DNA of 62,327 nucleotides, counting the filler, from Aduncisulcus paluster (lineage: Eukaryota): NCBI GenBank assembly GCA_024181965.1. It is 6 parts of 6 records of this genome, joined end to end, with 100 filler letters (N's around TTAATTAATTAA, not from the genome) between each part and the next. Parts side by side here need not be neighbours in the genome. Positions count along the whole stretch, not along the records: positions 14,591 to 22,760 come from BQXS01010909.1; positions 22,861 to 40,073 come from BQXS01010910.1; 4 more parts are not named here. One strand, written 5' to 3'. Positions 21,401 to 34,800 of this stretch are shown in pieces. The notes under the pieces are model-generated. The model was not told the origin of the DNA and did not search any database. It worked only from the letters and a program-made list of their open reading frames with translations. Each line of letters opens with the position of its first letter. Position 1 is the first letter of the stretch. A program made the translations under genes and the position numbers.

Positions 21401-22312
21401 GGAAAAGCTGACCAAAACACACAAATCCGGGATTGCCAAGTTTGGAAAGTTATATTGTAGAATATATAAATAAAAATATATAAGCATTTATCTTTGAACC
21501 ATATATTGCATGCCATCCTTGTGAGTCCACTCCTGACAATGCTATACAAATTTTGTATTACAAAATCGTTTCCCAACTCCCAACATTTGCCAACACATCG
21601 AATTATAAAGTTCCTCTCCGTGATGCTAAGTTTATGTTGTAATCCGTGAATATCATCGTCTCGGGTCTTCTGTTGCTGGTTTGGTGGGTTTCATTGTTTT
21701 TGGTAATTCAATTACTTTCTTGCTTTTAGCCCATTGGAGCGACTTTTTGCTGTTGTTAAAGCTCTTTTCAATTCTCTCAAGGCCCGTATCGAGTCCCGAT
21801 GCTTTATTTCTGACATGTCCGATGTAACCTTGTTTCCAGTGCCGAATGCCATTCTTGAAATCATGCTCCATTTCATGTCTTTTTCAGTTTCAGTTTATCC
21901 TAGGGCATCATTTCAGAACTCCAAGATCTGAATCAATCAATGAAATTCATGTTTAATTCTGATAGTTCGGTCGGGGTGCTGATTAATATTTCTCGCTGGA
22001 ACTTTCCACAAGATACAACCAATTTTATTATTTGTTCCAGCGTGACATTTCGATTTGAGGGGACCCGATTTCTTTTTATTTATATTTCGAAATTACCCCC
22101 CTATTCGAAAAAACCCCTATTAAAATAATAAATAAAATTCATTTTTAATAATAATTAATACTATTAGATTATTTTATTTAATTTTCTCTGATTTTCTGAG
22201 ATTTAGCATTTCCTCAGGCTGCTCCCGCGGGACCCGCGATCATGGGAATCCCAATTTATTGTTTTCTTGCATAATCAGATATTTTTTTTTATTTGTTTTT
22301 CGTTATTACAAT

Positions 22313-22760
22313 ATGCCTTGTCCACAAGATATGGATTCATGTGAATTATTTAGCGGAAAAAATGTAAATGATCCCATTCATGGCTTTGTTTATTTAAATC
22401 CCGATGTTCTCTCCTTTATTGATACTCCTCAATTCCAAAGACTTAGAGGGTTGAGACAATTGGCTGCTTCCTATTTAGTTTATCCAGGAGCTGTTCATAC
22501 GAGGTTTGAGCATAGTCTTGGAGTTTATCATCTTGCTGACAAAATGATGGAGAGTATTTCGTATGCTCAACCATCTCTTAAGGTGGAAGATCGTCATTTC
22601 AAATATATTAGATTGGCTGGATTGCTTCATGATCTCGGCCATGGTCCTTTTAGCCACTGTTTTGATCATTTGTTTATTGGAACCATCCGTCCTGAGAGGA
22701 AATGGGCCCATGAAGAAGGATCTTGTCGAATGCTTGAGTTTTTATTAGAACAGAATCCTC
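22313..22760 (+). CDS. SAMHD1: SAMHD1-like HD-domain dNTP triphosphohydrolase (N-terminal part, truncated by the contig end)
   Basis: NDPIHG, IDTPQFQRLR.LRQL, VYPGAVHTRFEHSLGVYHLA, LAGLLHDLGHGPFSH, WAHEEGS. No SAM domain upstream. Confidence 0.9.
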
Positions 22761-22860
22761 NNNNNNNNNNNNNNNNNNNNNNNNNNNNNNNNNNNNNNNN
22801 NNNNTTAATTAATTAANNNNNNNNNNNNNNNNNNNNNNNNNNNNNNNNNNNNNNNNNNNN
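22761..22860. other. Artificial contig linker
   Basis: N44-TTAATTAATTAA-N44. Confidence 0.98.
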
Positions 22861-25800
22861 GCATGGATTTTTCTGAGGTTGACTTGTCTTCCCTCCATAA
22901 TTTGACATATCTTGATGTTTCTTCGACTTTGTTTGCTTCATTCTCAATCGTTCCATCCACTGTCACTACTCTCATTGCAGATAACTGTACTGAATTATGG
23001 GACATTCCTTCAACGGGTTTTGCTGATGTTTCCAGTCAAATCGAGGTTCTTTCCTTGGTTTCTGTGGGACTGTATGATATTTCACCCTTTTATTCTTCAT
23101 CTTCACTCACATCTCTTGATATCTCATCGAACCCTGTCTGTGCTGATCCCAATATTGCATCATTAAACTCATTATTCGATAATCCCTCTTCCATAGAGGT
23201 CATTTCCGATGCGTTGACGTGCCCTTGTGATTCTTTCCCGAGCATGGACATAACTGATAATTACGTATGTGCTCCAACATATCCTGGGTCAAACACATAC
23301 TATCCCCAATGCTCTTGTGATACGTTTTATGATGATGATAATTCATTACATATTATTTACTGGAATGTGTCAGAGTTTACTTGTATTCGTAATGACGATT
23401 CTTGTTCTGGAGGCTGTGAATATGGATATATGTGCTCAGGTGCTTCAGGTTGTCGAAGAATAGTCCCGAGTGAAAATACTCACAATTGTGTGTACGATCA
23501 CTTGCTTGAATTGGAAGATGTTCACTATGATCCCAGTGAAAACTTTAGTGTTGCTTCACTGAAGGTGCTGACTGAACTTGATTGTTCGAACAAATCTATT
23601 ACAGATGTAACTGATATTAATCATGCAATTAACGTCACTTCTATGCTTTTCTATGATAACGAAAATCTCAATGCTATCTATCCTCTTTGTAATGCTTCTG
23701 TAGAAATACTCGATGTCCACAGTACAAACGCCAACACTTATGGGTTCAATTTTGAAACAGAGCAACAATTGGAAATACTGAATTTATCGAACACAAATTA
23801 TGGAAATTTGGAGTTAAATCAGTCAGTTCCAACTTATCTTGGTGGACTGAGTAATTTTCATAAGTTAAAAGAATTATATGTCGGCGACAATCCATACTTG
23901 CTATCTGTTACCCCAATTTATGGCACCATCGAAACATTGGAGATTTTAGATATCCACAATACAGGAATTACTGATCTTTCAAGCTTTTATACAATTTCTT
24001 CCGGGGGAGCTCTTGGAAACGCTGTCTTGTCTACTCTTAATATGTCAACCACTATCATTGATATGTCAGGGCTCCAGTATTTTACTGGGATTACACATCT
24101 TGAAGCTCAAAATTCCTCCATATTGAATGAAGATTTGTATTATCTTCGGAATAATTCCCTCGAGTATCTTGATCTCGGCCCCGATGATGAGGGTAACAAC
24201 TCTAATTTCATCTATGATCCATCCCCCTTGTACATTCATCCCCTCACTGATATTAATTTAGTTGGACAACCTATATGTGGGGATTCTGTCTCTGATGATC
24301 TCTTAACAATGTTAAACGTGGATATAACTGCCAGTCACTCCATTTACTTTAGTCTTCCAGCTGGATTCACATGCCCTTGTTCCTCGTCTGAGACTCTGTC
24401 GTATGATCTTCTTTCAAATAGGATATGCACTCCATCAACACTGACCTCTGGATCTTGGAATGTCGTTTGTGCAAGTAATAGCTTCTCTGTGTATTCATAC
24501 TCAGACGATTATGAGTGTGTATATCTCGATGAGAGCGATGACTCCAATATTGGGTGTCCTGGAGGATGTTTGTACGGCGAAGAGTGTCGACTTAACTCTG
24601 ATGGAATTGCCCAATGTATGACGGTGCTTAGTGATCCAGAATTTCATGGCTGTATTGCTTCACAACTTGATTCTGCTGACAAGGATGGAGATTCTTTCAG
24701 TGTATCCTCGCTAAAAACTATTTCTGGTTCAGAACTTCGGTGTGAAGATATGTCAATTGCCAATATCGATGGCATTGAACACTTTACGAGTGTGACATCA
24801 ATATATATGGAAAATAATTCAATTACTGATGTTTCACCTATCAAAACCATGGATAACCTGACATTTGTTGATTTTACATTGAATTCTATTACTGTTACTC
24901 CTCAGCTCGGGGATATGTCCAACCTAGAAACTCTTATTTTTATTGATAATCCTTCTCTTTCATTCAGTAATTCGTTCGATCCTGATGCACTTTTCCCTTC
25001 CTCCCTTAAGAGTCTCAAGATAGAAGGGACACTTATTGATAATGACGGTTTCAACCAACATATTGCATCTCGATTGAGTTCTCTCTTAGAGATTAATATA
25101 GCAAATTCAAATGTAACTGATATTTCTGGATTAAGTGAGACGCAAATATCAACTATCACCAAAGTCAATGCTGGTGACAATACTCTTGATTCTGGATTTA
25201 TTGCCACCCTTTCATCGATGACTAATCTCGAATATTTGTCCGTTTCAAACTGTAATTTGACTGAACTATTTGATCTATCAAACAGTGCATCAACTCTATC
25301 TGAATTGTATATATGCGATAACGATATTTATTTCCTTGATTGTATCAGTGAAATGAGTGCATTGACCAAAATAGATGCCTCTGGTTGTTCTCTGTCAGAT
25401 ATTTCCCCACTATATTCATTGCCCAATCTCTCGANNNNNNNNNNNNNNNNNNNNGTGACAATACTCTTGATTCTGGATTTATTGCCACCCTTTCATCGAT
25501 GACTAATCTCGAATATTTGTCCGTTTCAAACTGTAATTTGACTGAACTATTTTATCTATCAAACAGTGCATCAACTCTATCTGAATTGTATATATGCGAT
25601 AACGATATTTATTTCCTTGATTGTATCAGTGAAATGAGTGCATTGACCAAAATAGATGCCTCTGGTTGTTCTCTGTCAGATATTTCCCCACTATATTCAT
25701 TGCCCAATCTCTCGAGACTCTTACTCGATGGCAATAACATATGTTTGGGCAGTGAAACATCTTCTGCGTTTGATAGCAAGTTCACTGGAAATGTTGATAT

Positions 25801-28800
25801 TTCCCTTGAATCTCTTGAATGTAACTGTGATATGACTTCCATTGCAGCCATTACCGATAACAAGATCTGTGTTGAACCTAAGCCTGGAGCTGGAAGCTGG
25901 ACAATCGTGTGTGCCAGTAATAGTTACACATATTACAACTCGAGTCCAGATTTTGTATGTTATGATACGAATGTGAACCAGAGCAATGCTTTATCGTGTC
26001 CCAAAGGATGTCAATATGGCGAAGAGTGTCGCTTGGATGCTAATAGTGGAGTTACAAGCTGTTATCCTGTTATTGTTGATCCCGATCTGCGATTATACAT
26101 TGCCACAGACCTTGTTAGAAGCGAATTTGTCGGAGGAACAAGCTCATCTCCGATCATTACTGTGGCTGCTCTTCATTCCGTGGGTAGTTCTGAGGTTGTC
26201 GATGGGGTGTTCCCCACTCTTTCTGACATTAGTGGAATTGAGCATCTTATTAACGTTACTGAGTTAAACATTTGTGGATCAAGCGTGTTATCCGATGTGT
26301 CTGGTCTTTCTTCCATGAAACAACTTGTGACATTAAATTTATCTGAAAATAACATCAGTAACGTTTCAGCAATTGCTTCGTTCAACTTTACTGATCTTCA
26401 ATCGCTTAATCTATCGAATTGTCCTCTCGATTCGAGTGTTTCTCAGCTTTATCAGCTTTCAACCCTCCAAACTCTTGATATTAGCGGAGAACACACTGGT
26501 TCCATCAATATTGAACTTTATGGCACTGGTCTCACTCAAATTGAATCATTGAATCTCTCTGGTTGGGAGCAATTGATCCAACTTCCCTCGTTTTCCTCTT
26601 CAAATATCTTGAAATATCTGAATGTATCGGACACCGGACTTGAAAATTTGGACACACTTTCCAATCAAAGCTCATCTCTGGTCACTATTATTATGGATGG
26701 CTGTGATCTCAGTGCTGGGTCATGTTTATTTTNNNNNNNNNNNNNNNNNNNNCACTGGTTCCATCAATATTGAACTTTATGGCACTGGTCTCACTCAACT
26801 TGAATCATTGAATCTCTCTGGTTGGGAGCAATTGATCCAACTTCCCTCGTTTTCCTCTTCAAATATCTTGAAATATCTGAATGTATCGGACACCGGACTT
26901 GAAAATTTGGACACACTTTCCAATCAAAGCTCATCTCTGGTCACTATTATTATGGATGGCTGTGATCTCAGTGCTGGGTCATGTTTATTTTCTTCATTTT
27001 CCAACCTTTCGAGCCTCAGTATAAATTCTACCAATTATCCAATCTCATCCCTTTCTTGTTTCTCTTCCAATTCCCTCTTGACCAGTTTCTCTGGGGATAG
27101 TAACGGATGGTATCATTTGTATGGATTTAGTAATCAACTTGCGCAACTCACAGATCTTTCATTGAAATCCAATTATATCGGTGATCCATCCCCTCTGTAT
27201 CTCCTCAATTCTTTGACCAGTCTTGACCTCTCATATAATACTATATGTGGTACCGATACCGATATCATCAGTAAGTTTACTAGCCTCTCCTCATTGGTAT
27301 TAACCCAAGAAGAGGGATGGGAGTGTCCATGCGATGAGAGTGAAGTTTCAATTCTTGACAACAAGGTGTGTGTTGAGACATACCCTTCCTCGGGCACTTT
27401 CTTTGTTGAGTGTACAAGCGGTTCGTATTATTCTTACGATGCAAATCAAGGATTTACGTGTACTGACGATAGCGTTTATTGTCCTGGGGGATGTGCTTTC
27501 GGAGAAGAATGTTATCGTGCAACATACGTTCCATGTGATCAATATAGTCTATGTCAATCTGTTGTCCCTGATGCCAATCTCAAGGCATATTTACTTAGTC
27601 AAATACCTTCTATCCATGTTTCTCCAAGTGGCGATTTTAGACCGAGTGTCCTGCGTCTTATTGAGGAAATTCACTGTTCCTCGTGTGATATTGATAGTAT
27701 CGTCGGGTTGAAACACGCAATTTCTTCCCTTGTTATTGATGTTTCGTCCAACAACCTCATATATGCAAGAGATTTTGGATTTCTAACCCAACTTATCAAG
27801 TTAGATTTAAGTAACAACTCCTCTATTATTGACGCTGGTTGGAACTTGGCGAATCAAGAGTATGATTTTGAAGAATTGAACTTCTCAAATGTCGGTTTTG
27901 GAACGGCTAGTACTATTACAGATATTATTCCATCTTACTCAGCCTCTTATCCACATTTGAAGCGTTTTGATCTCTCAAATAATACTGGATTAAGTGCTTG
28001 TTCGGGATGTGGGGAGTTTTTTGACCTCCTTGAGTGGCTTGATATTAGCAATACATCCATTACTGATTTATCATATATTGTTATTAATCCCACAACAGAA
28101 GAGGTCGAAAACAATACAGCGTTGAAATATCTTAATATCACCAACCTATCTCTGACAGACTATAGTTTCTTAGAAAATCTCTACCAACTTGAGGAATTTG
28201 TTGCACAGAATTCACATCTAACAAGCTATCATCTCCCACTCTTGAGGAATTCTTCGTTATCTTCACTTGATCTTGGTCTGAATTCTGAAAGTGTTAATAA
28301 CAATCGGATCTCCGATCCCTCCCCACTTTACATGCATCCTCTGACTTCTGTTGTCCTCGATGGTAACATGATTTGTGAGGATGATTCTGTCATTGTTTCG
28401 AATATCATATCCAAGATCAACAACAATTCTTCGTCTGTCACAGTTTCTGCAAGTACTCAGAATTGTCAGTGCTCAGATCTGTCCTCTTCGGGTGGGTGGA
28501 TCTTATCTGATGTTGTATGCATGGAGACAATACCGTATTCGGATGAATGGAATACGGTATGTTCAAGCCATTCAATCACGGAATATTCAAGTGCTGAAGT
28601 GTATGAGTGTGTTACTATTGGCGGTGTATCTGGCGATTCCATGTCATGTGATGGTGGATGTGTATTTGGTAATGAATGCCGTTACGATTCTACTCTTGGA
28701 TCTAGTCAATGTGAGGCTGTCATCTATGATGAAAATCTGCGTGATTTTATTGCTTCCTACATGCTTACCTCTGCACATAAATATAATAATCCAACAATTT

Positions 28801-31800
28801 TTAGTGTATCATCCTTACGTACGGTTAATGATACAGAGCTGGTATATAATGGAAATACACAAGCCGAAATGATCTCTTCCATTGTTGGAATTGAACATCT
28901 TGTTTCTCTTGAAACCGTTTATGTTCTAAATAATACCCATTTGGAGTCAGCTGTTTCACTCGCTCATTTGACCAATTTGACGCTAGTTAATGTTGAATCA
29001 ACTGCGATCTCTGATATTTCGTTCATTTGTACACTTCCAAATCTCATCAATCTCAGTTTTTCTTCGTTGGAAGTTGATAACCTTCCATCATGCTCAAGCC
29101 CAACTGCATACTCAAATCTTATAGGGTTGGATATTTCTCAAACTGGAATTATTGATTTATCTCCTCTTCTTATCCATGAAGCTGGTACTAAAAACAATCT
29201 CATTCAACAGCTCTTTTTGGATACAAATAATCAATCCATTGATGGAGAGGTTGTGTATTTCGACCCATCTCAATTGATTAATTTTCCAAACATTTCAATG
29301 CTTTCTGTGTCCTCCATGCATATCAATGAAAGTCTTTTTGGATATATTATGGATTTAGGGCTTATATATTTAGACATTAGTGATAATTATTTGTATGATA
29401 TTTCCCCCCTTGTGAATTTCATAGATCTATCGAACATTCTTGCTCACACCAATTATATTTGTGATCCTACGTCCATTTTGAATACGAGTTATTTTAGTGC
29501 TTTGACTAACGTAACCTATGGTAATCAGGATACTTCCCATTGTTTAATATGTAACTCAACAACTCCCATGACATATTTAGGGAACCCCATTGTTCATTTT
29601 GATGGATCTGGAACTGCTTCGTACAGTAACAATACTGTGTGTCGAAAAGTTTGGGACTGGGAAGTCGAAGAAACTGATAACACAATCACTCAGCATGAAC
29701 AATGGAGTGTGCAGTGTAATTTATACAGCTTTAAATCTTCAAGTGGTACATGTGAATCCTACTTTGCATCTTCTCCGGTTGATCCAATTCCCCCTTGTTT
29801 TGATGATGCTACAGCAAATGTTCATATGGAATGCTCAACAGTGACATCTGACACGGCTTGTCTTGATGGGTGGTATGGAGATTCATGTGATTCTGAATGC
29901 TTACTTGATGATAATGATGTCGTTTGTGGTGATCCATCAAGATGTAACCTTGCCACCCATGAATGCGCCTGTGGAAGTGATCTTTTTGGAGACGTCTGTG
30001 AATATGTAAATTTTGACGATGATTCTCTGAAACTATTCGTTTGTTCATTAAATGAAGTAACTTGTACAGTTGATAATGATGTTCCTGTCAGTGAAATGGC
30101 TAATATTGAGGAATTAGATATTAGTGATATTTCTTCTTCAACACTGAGCAGTTTAGGTGGACTGAAATTTGCTTCAAATTTGACATCTTTTACTGCGAAA
30201 AATATTTCTTTTACTGAAACTTCCACTCCCTTGAACGAATTTTCTGACCTGGAATTGCTTGAATCTATTGTTATTGAAGGGATAGCAGTGACTTCCTATT
30301 CACAATTGCCGTCTTCATTGTTGCAACTTGATATTTCTGACGATGAATCTTTTGATTCAGCAGTGCTTGAGACGATTCCATCTGATTTGACCCTTGATTC
30401 TCTTACCTTAATGAATCTCTCTGTCAATGATATTTCATATCTTTCCAATTTCTCTGATTCGTTGAAGTCGTTGAAGCTTCGCTCTTTGAAATTAAAATAT
30501 ATTTCCGTGATTGAAGAAAGCCTATTTTCTTTGACTTCTCTTGATTTAACAAGCATCAATCTCTTTGATGATCCTTCCGATACGTCTTCAACTCCATCTT
30601 CCCATTATCTGAATCAAGACGATTGTGCTGCCTTGGACTGGACTGTGCTATCAGATCTTAAGATTTTATCTATAAATGGTAATAATATTTCATCGCTCAC
30701 ATGGCTGGGCAACCCATCTACTGGTTTGTATGATCAATTGACCTCTCTAGATGTTAGCGATAACATCTTCTTGTCTGATGTATCACCCTTATTCCAGTTC
30801 TCGAAATTATCACTTCTCGATATCAGTGGAAACTCAGTTCATCTTGGAATTCCCCAGTCTTCTTCCACTACACTTGAAGACTTCAAATCATTATTCCCAA
30901 GTGATTCTTTAATACAAAATTCCACGTCTATTGTTTTGACTCCACAAATTGAAAGATGTTCTGATCTAACTTCGATTACCGCTTTAGTTCAAAATAAGGT
31001 CTGTTCCGAGACGAAGCGTGGTTCCAACACATGGCACACGACCTGTGCGAGTGATTCATACACGACATACTCTTCCGCCTCCGAGTTCACATGCACTCGT
31101 CCCGATGCCTTGTCCACCAACTGTTCCGGTGGGTGTGAGTACGGGTATGAGTGTCGTTCCATCTCTGCTGAGCCTGCTCAGGGTTCGTGTGTTCGAGTGA
31201 TCGAGGATAGCACATTGCATTCCTGTATTGCCTCGCTCTTCACGGATACGACACATAGGACTGATGATAATGACTTCAGTGTGTCCTCTCTGAAACTTCT
31301 TGGGACGGATTCGTTCGCTTCGACGGTGACGTGTGTTGGGGATGGGACCAATCAAGTGTCAGACCTGGCTGGGGTTGAACACGTTGTAATGGTGACTAGT
31401 CTTGATCTGCAATCCAATTCCATTGCAGACGCAGCTTTGCTCGAAACACTCTCTTCCCTACAAACCATTGACTTGTCCAATAATTCTGCTCTTGAAGAAA
31501 TGCCTGAGCTTGGTGGATTAGTTTCCCTGTCGACACTCGATTTGGATTCCACAGGGATCTCGCTTCCTACGGGCACCAATACAGACGTTTTGCTCCCTGT
31601 GTCCAGTCTGTCCAACCTTAATCTCCATGGGACCAACATTACCCAAACCGAATTTGATGCTCATGTTGCAGCCAATCTCCATGTTCTCACCTCCCTCGAT
31701 GTGGGCTATACGAATGTCACCGATCTGTCACAACTCAACTCGGATCTCCTCGAGTCACTCGAAGAACTTAAGTTGGAGGGTAACTCTCTCTCTGCCGACT

Positions 31801-34800
31801 CATACCCAGTTCTTGCAAACATGTCACAGCTTGAGTCACTTTCTCTTATCAACTGTGACTTGACCAAGATTCCCAATCTTTATAACAGTCGAACCACTCT
31901 GACAAAGCTTGTCCTCTCGAACAATGCAAACATTAACGTGCTTGAATCCATTTTGACATATGAGTTATCATCCTTGCAATTCCTTGATCTCAGTCATTGT
32001 TCAGTTTCGGACGTATCCCCTCTTTATCCCCTTTCTGCACTGACCGATCTTGATGTGTCGTATAACAAGATCTGCACTGGTAGTGGCACTGCTAGTACCC
32101 TTGCATCTCATTTTGACAGCGACTCGTCTCTGTCTATTAACCTCTCGGATCAATCATGTCCTCTGGGATGTAGCACGCTGCCGACGGATACTGATCTCTT
32201 TGAATCCAACAAGGTGTGTATTGAAACTGTCCCTGGCTCCTCGAAATGGTTCCCTGTATGTACCAGTGATTCGTACACGACATATTCTTCCGCCTCCGAG
32301 TTCACATGCACTCGTCCCAGTGATCCTTCCAGTTGCTCCGGTGGGTGTGAGTATGGGTATGAATGTNNNNNNNNNNNNNNNNNNNNTCATACACGACATA
32401 CTCTTCCGCCTCCGAGTTCACATGCACTCGTCCCGATGCCTTGTCCACCAACTGTTCCGGTGGGTGTGAGTATGGTGAAGAGTGTCGTTCCATCTCTGCT
32501 GAGCCTGCTCAGGGTTCGTGTGTTCGAGTGATCGAGGATAGCACATTGCATTCCTGTATTGCCTCGCTCTTCACGGATACGACACATAGGACTGATGATA
32601 ATGACTTCAGTGTGTCCTCTCTGAAGCTTCTTGGGACGGATTCGTTCGCTTCGACGGTGACGTGTGTTGGGGATGGGACCAATCAAGTGTCAGACCTGGC
32701 TGGGATTGAACACGTTGTAATGGTGACTAGTCTTGATCTGCAATCCAATTCCATTACAGACGCAGCTTTACTCGAAACACTCTCTTCCCTACAAACCATT
32801 GACTTGTCCAATAATTCTGCTCTTGAGGAAATGCCTGAGCTTGGTGGATTAGTTTCCCTGGCGACACTCGATTTGGGTTCCACAGGGATCTCGCTTCCTA
32901 CGGGCACCAATACAGACGTTTTGCTCCCTGTGTCCAGTCTGTCCAACCTTAATCTCCATGGGACCAAAATTACTCAAACCGAATTTGATGCTCATGTTGC
33001 AGCCAATCTCCATGTTCTCACCTCCCTAGATGTGGGCTATACGAATGTCACCGATCTGTCACAACTTAACTCGGATCTCCTCGAGTCACTCGAAGAACTT
33101 AAGTTGGAGGGTAACTCTCTCTCTGCCGACTCATACCCAGTTCTTGCAAACATGACACAGCTTGAGTCACTTTCTCTTATCGACTGTGACTTGACCAAGA
33201 TTCCCAATCTTTATAACAGTCGAACCACTCTGACAAAGCTTGTCCTCTCGAACAATGCAAACATTAACGTGCTTGAATCCATTTTGACATATGAGTTATC
33301 ATCCTTGCAATTCCTTGATCTCAGCCATTGTTCAGTTTCGGACGTATCCCCTCTTTATCCCCTTTCTGCACTGACCGATCTTGATGTGTCGTATAACAAG
33401 ATCTGCACTGGTAGTGGCACTGCTAGTACCCTTGCATCTCATTTTGCCAGCGACTCGTCTCTGTCTATTAACCTCTCGGATCAATCATGTCCTCTGGGAT
33501 GTAGCACGCTGCCGACGGATACTGATCTCTTTGAAGCCAACAAGGTGTGTATTGAAACTGTCCCTGGCTCCTCGAAATGGTTCCCTGTATGTACCAGTGA
33601 TTCATACACGACATATTCTTCCGCCTCCGAGTTCACATGCACTCGTCCCAGTGATCCTTCCAGTTGCTCCGGTGGGTGTGAGTATGGGTATGAATGTCGT
33701 CTGGGGGTTTCTTCTTATGAATGTCTCCCTGTTATTGCCGACGATGTTCTTCACGCATGTGTGATAGATAAGCTCGATGCTACAGACCAAACTGATGGTG
33801 AGTTTGGAATTGCTTCTATGAAGGCTCTTTCCGTGCTTGAGTGTGCTGGAGTGACTCCAGTTCCATCTCTGATTGTAAGGGTATTGAGCATGCTGTGAAT
33901 GCTGAATCATCATTTGTCAAACAATTCCGACTTGTGAGTTTCATCTTTAGGTACACTCACAAAAACCTCAAAGAATTGGATTTGCATGGTTGTACATCAC
34001 CAACTGGACTGCGAATTAGTTATGCATTGAGGTTGTCAATATTTCCGATACAGGGCTTGGATCATCGTACGGAAAGCCTTCCATTACTCGATTAAGTTCT
34101 ACATTTGTATGCAAATGGACCGAGTTGCAAAGTTTGGACATTTCTTATAATCCTGGTTTGCTTAGTCTTGGTGACATCTCGTGTATCACCGATGTGTTAA
34201 AGACCCTGAATCTCGATAGTTCCGGTATTTCCGACTTGAGTCCGCTCTATCACGATGATGTCTCTGGGGAAGACTCAACCAATGCAGTACTTTCAAGTCT
34301 GACCATCTCCAACTTGACTCTCTCAGACAGCTCTCAACTCGGCAATTTGACTGGACTGTCAACCTTTGTTGCACAGAATGCCTCCATCGACTCGTTTGAC
34401 CTCCACATGCTCAGTGGTCTGTCTGCCCTTGAATACATCGACTTTGGTCCCAACACCTCCTCGGACAACAACAACAAGATCTCTGACCCGTCGCCTCTGT
34501 ACAAGCTTGAGCATGTGTCTTACATTGACCTTCGTCTCAATCCCATTTGTGGCAGTACTGAAGATGTTGTTACTACCATCGCGTCGGGACTTGGAAATGC
34601 TCCCACGGTAAAGTTTGATTTATCATCTTCCTGGGTGTGTTCTTGTACGTATGGAGGTTTGGAGCCTCAACTTTCCGATGATCGAGTCTGTTCCGAGACG
34701 AAGCGTGGTTCCAACACATGGCACACGACCTGTGCGAGTGATTCATACACGACATACTCTTCCGCCTCCGAGTTCACATGCACTCGTCCCGATGCCTTGT

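Noticed and set aside
21653-21931. Small ORFs upstream of the SAMHD1-like gene
   Set aside because: Short with no recognisable motif; may be a broken gene but cannot be supported.
6707-22760. dUTPase plus SAMHD1 as a nucleotide-depletion defence cluster
   Set aside because: They lie on different contigs, so the linkage is artificial.
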